Shown one piece after another: positions 60,917-64,000 of a DNA stretch of 64,000 nucleotides (positions are counted from its first letter, which is position 1; each line of letters begins with the position of its first letter). Under the pieces are notes generated by a model, which was given only the letters and a program-made list of their open reading frames with translations, made no database searches and had not been told where the DNA came from. Source of the DNA: Tepidisphaera sp. (GTDB taxonomy: Bacteria; Planctomycetota; Phycisphaerae; Phycisphaerales; UBA1924). The stretch covers positions 1,312,001-1,376,000 of the forward strand of contig CP051526.1 of the NCBI GenBank assembly GCA_050916045.1, written 5' to 3'. Position numbers and translations under genes: made by a program.

Positions 60917-62632
60917 ATGGCGCAGGAACTGGATGCGGGTGGCGGGAAGGGTGGGAGCGGTGGGGGTGGTGTGCTTGGGGTGATTGAGTGGCTTGGGAAC
61001 AAGCTTCCTGATCCGGTGTTTTTGTTTTTGGGAGCGACGGCGCTGGTGTTTGTGCTTTCGGCGATCGGGTCGGGGCTGGGGTGGTCGGTGCAGCCGCAGC
61101 GGCCGCGGGTGGTGATGCAGACGGTCGTCGAGAACGGCGTCGAGGTTTCCAAGCCGAAGAAGGATGAGCAGGGCAAGCCTGTGATCGAGCTTGTGAGCGA
61201 GGGGTCGCCGGTGGCGCCTCGGAACATGATGAGCGCGGACGGGGTGTACTGGCTTTCCGTGAACATGATCCGGAACTTCATCAACTTTCCGCCGCTTGGG
61301 GTGGTGCTGGTGGGGATGTTCGGGATCGGGGTTGCGGAGCGGGTGGGGCTTTTCTCGGCGATTTTGCGGTGGATGGCGAGGTTGGTGCCTGGGTGGGCGC
61401 TGACGCCGACGATCGTGTTCCTTGGGGTGGTGTCGAACGTGGCGAGTGATGCGGGGTATCTGGTGCTGCCGCCGCTTGCGGCTGGGCTGTACATCTTGTT
61501 CAAGCGTCCGCCGCTGGCGGGGATCGCGGCGGCGTTCGCGGGGGTTTCGGCGGGGTTCAGCGCGAATCTTCTGGTGGGGTCGACGGATGCGCTGGTGGGG
61601 GGGATCACGCAAGCGGGTGCGCGGGTGCTCGAACCTGACTACACGGTGCTTGCGACGGCGAACTGGTGGTTCATGGCGGGGTCGACGTTTTTGCTGACGG
61701 GGCTTGGGTGGGCGGTGACGGCGTGGATCGTGGAGCCCCGGCTTGTGGCGACGGGGGGATTGAAGTCGGATGATCCGCTGGCGGGGCAGGAGGGTGATCT
61801 GTCGGGGACGGAGCGGCGGGCTCTTGGGCTTGCGGGGCTCGCAGCGCTGGTGACGGTGGGCGTGGCGGCGGCGATGATCTTTGTTCCCGGGGCGCCGCTT
61901 GCGGGTCCGATGCCGGCGGCGGCGCCGACGTTCGGGCCGATTCCGGTGTCGGCGCCGGCGAACGCGGCTGTGGCGACGGCGGCGGCGCAGCCGCGGTGGA
62001 GCCAGGCGGTAGTGCCGCTGATCCTGGTGTGCTTTCTGGTCCCGGGCTTGGTGTACGGGATGGTGACGGGGTCGATCCGGTCGCAGGCGGATGTGTCGAA
62101 AGCGTTCATCGGGTCGATGGTGTCGATGGCGCCGGTGATCGCGCTGGCGTTCTTTGCGGCGCAGTTCATCGCGTCGTTCCAGTTCTCGCAGCTTGACCGG
62201 ATGCTGGCGTTCGCGGGGGGGAAGGCGCTGGTGCAGTCGGGGCTTCCGATCCCGGCGCTGCTTGCGGGCGTGGTGGTGCTGACGATGACGGTGAATTTGC
62301 TGATGTCGTCGATGAGCGCGAAGTGGACGGTGCTTGCGCCGATCCTGGTGCCGATGCTGATGATGGTGGGGATCAGCCCGGAGCTCACGCAGAACGCGTA
62401 CCGGGTGGGCGACAGTGTGACGAACATCGTGACGCCGCTGAACAGCTATGCGATCGTGATTTTGGCGGCGATGCAGCGTCACCGGAAGGATGCGGGGATG
62501 GGGAATCTGATCGCGATGATGGTGCCGTACTCGGTGGTGTTCGCGATCGCGTGGACGATCTTCCTGCTGGGGTGGGTGTGGCTTGGGATTCCGATCGGCC
62601 CGGATGCGCCGATGTGGTATGTGCCGAAGTGA
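60917..62632 (+). CDS. abgT: AbgT family transporter
   Basis: IEWLGNKLPDP, NFPPLG, GVSAGFSANL, SAKW, YRVGDSVTNIVTP, GIPIGP; AGGAG SD. Confidence 0.92.
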   Translation: MAQELDAGGGKGGSGGGGVLGVIEWLGNKLPDPVFLFLGATALVFVLSAIGSGLGWSVQPQRPRVVMQTVVENGVEVSKPKKDEQGKPVIELVSEGSPVAPRNMMSADGVYWLSVNMIRNFINFPPLGVVLVGMFGIGVAERVGLFSAILRWMARLVPGWALTPTIVFLGVVSNVASDAGYLVLPPLAAGLYILFKRPPLAGIAAAFAGVSAGFSANLLVGSTDALVGGITQAGARVLEPDYTVLATANWWFMAGSTFLLTGLGWAVTAWIVEPRLVATGGLKSDDPLAGQEGDLSGTERRALGLAGLAALVTVGVAAAMIFVPGAPLAGPMPAAAPTFGPIPVSAPANAAVATAAAQPRWSQAVVPLILVCFLVPGLVYGMVTGSIRSQADVSKAFIGSMVSMAPVIALAFFAAQFIASFQFSQLDRMLAFAGGKALVQSGLPIPALLAGVVVLTMTVNLLMSSMSAKWTVLAPILVPMLMMVGISPELTQNAYRVGDSVTNIVTPLNSYAIVILAAMQRHRKDAGMGNLIAMMVPYSVVFAIAWTIFLLGWVWLGIPIGPDAPMWYVPK

Positions 62633-62645
62633 GAGGAGAACAGAG

Positions 62646-62703
62646 CCCCTCATCCGCCGCTGGCGCGGCACCTTCTCCCCGTGAAGCACGGGGAGAAGGA
62701 GGG
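62646..62703 (+). repeat. Hairpin repeat family 3, copy 2
   Basis: Direct repeat of 59917-59976, between convergent genes. Confidence 0.9.
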
Positions 62704-62704
62704 A

Positions 62705-64000
62705 TCAGGCGGCGCGTTCGGAGTCGCCGGGCTCGATGTTGAGGGCTTTGAGTTTCTTGTAGAGGGTGGTGCGGTTGACACCGAGTTGTTCGGCGGTTTT
62801 GACGCGGTTCCAGTGGTTGGCGGCGAGTGCGCGGAGGAGGATCTGGCGTTCGGGCTCGCGCATGGCTTCTTCGAGGGTCATGGGGACCCAGGGGGCGGCG
62901 GCGTCGGTCGCGGCGGGCGCGATGTGGGCTTGCTTCGCGGCTGGGGCGTCGAGAAGGGAGGCGGGGAGTTCATCCTCGGTGATGAGCTGGCCGCGGGCGA
63001 GGACGACGCCGCGTTCGACGACGTTCTGAAGCTCGCGGACGTTGCCGGGGAAGGGGTAGCGGGCGATGCGGGCTTCGGCTTCCTTGGTGAAGCCGACGAT
63101 CTGCTTGCTGAGCTCGTGGGAGTAGCGGGCGAGGAAGCGGTGGGCGAGGAGCATGATGTCGGCGGGGCGGTCGCGGAGTGGCGGGAGCTCGATCTTGACG
63201 ACGTTGATGCGGTAGTAGAGGTCTTGGCGGAATGAGCCTTCGGCGACGAGGCGTTCGAGGGGCTGGTTGCTGGCGAGGATGACGCGGGCGTCGACCTCGA
63301 TGGTCTGGCTGCTGCCGACGGGCTCGAACTTGCGTTCCTGGAGGACGCGGAGGAGTTTGAGCTGCATCGCGGGGCTTGCGGAGTTGATCTCGTCGAGGAA
63401 GATGGTGCCGCCGTTGGCGGTGAGGAAGCGGCCGGGCTTGTCGACGTGGGCACCGGTGAAGGCACCTTTGACGTGGCCGAAGAGCTCGCTTTCGAGGAGG
63501 GTTTCGGGGATGCTTCCGCAGGAGAGCTCGACGAAAGCGGCGTTTCGGCGCGGGGAGAGGTCGTGGATGGCGTGGGCGATGAGGCTTTTGCCGGTGCCGC
63601 TTTCGCCGCACATGAGGACGGTGGTGCGGCTGGGTGCGACGGCGCGGACGAGGTCGAAGATCTTGACCATTCGGGCGTCGGAGCCGGCGATGTTGGCGAG
63701 GGAGTGACGGTCTTCGAGCTTGCGGCGGAGGTTCCAGTTTTCCGCCATGAGGGTGTGGTGTCGGACGGCGCGCTCGAGGCTGAGGCGGAGTTCGCCCTCG
63801 GCGGCGGGCTTGGTGAGGAAGTCGACGGCCCCGTGGCGGAGGGCTTCGACGGCGCTCTCGACGGTGCCGTAGCCGGTGAGCATGATGGGGGCGGTACCGC
63901 GGCCGGCTTTGACGATTTCGCGGAGAAGGTCGAGGCCGCTTCCGCCGGGGAGGCCGACGTCGATGATGGTGACGCCGATGGGGGCGTCGGTTCCGTTGTC
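62705..64000 (-). CDS. Sigma54-dependent response regulator (NtrC family), 5'-truncated at window edge
   Basis: DVGLP..LTGYG receiver; GESGTGKS, ESELFGH.KGAFTGA, FPGNVREL; HTH. Confidence 0.95.
   Translation of the reverse strand, partial: DNGTDAPIGVTIIDVGLPGGSGLDLLREIVKAGRGTAPIMLTGYGTVESAVEALRHGAVDFLTKPAAEGELRLSLERAVRHHTLMAENWNLRRKLEDRHSLANIAGSDARMVKIFDLVRAVAPSRTTVLMCGESGTGKSLIAHAIHDLSPRRNAAFVELSCGSIPETLLESELFGHVKGAFTGAHVDKPGRFLTANGGTIFLDEINSASPAMQLKLLRVLQERKFEPVGSSQTIEVDARVILASNQPLERLVAEGSFRQDLYYRINVVKIELPPLRDRPADIMLLAHRFLARYSHELSKQIVGFTKEAEARIARYPFPGNVRELQNVVERGVVLARGQLITEDELPASLLDAPAAKQAHIAPAATDAAAPWVPMTLEEAMREPERQILLRALAANHWNRVKTAEQLGVNRTTLYKKLKALNIEPGDSERAA

Overview
High-GC bacterial chromosomal window. 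I infer Planctomycetota (Phycisphaerales-like) from five proteins ending in a paired 'DFNxDGFxDFFDYD...GC' dockerin-like tag, three prepilin/H-X9-DG (DUF1559-like) genes and CxxCGY..CPECG motifs. The housekeeping backbone includes partial rny, lexA, dprA, a PilT-family ATPase, putA, ribF, a DHH phosphoesterase, M48/M20/S41 peptidases, an AsmA-like protein, two NtrC-family regulators, RidA, xseAB, pilD, OmpA, Skp, a histidine kinase, TlpA and AbgT. Accessory signals: (1) a Y1/HUH REP-associated transposase between two oppositely oriented repeat arrays (6+4 copies, plus one copy inside a distant ORF); (2) an orphan gene preceded by a heptamer microsatellite and a 21-bp-phased palindrome array; (3) an orphan, rearranged DUF4150/PAAR-like gene not called at its true start; (4) a helical-hairpin + Imm33-like fusion; (5) a G9 tract that frameshifts the signal peptide of a dockerin-tagged protein; (6) TAnnnT boxes 5-7 nt before many start codons (leaderless genes); (7) a candidate LexA operator overlapping a clear promoter; (8) block-wise C/G strand skew independent of gene direction. 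No rRNA, tRNA, cas genes or reverse transcriptase were recognised. All family assignments are by eye from motifs; no searches were run.
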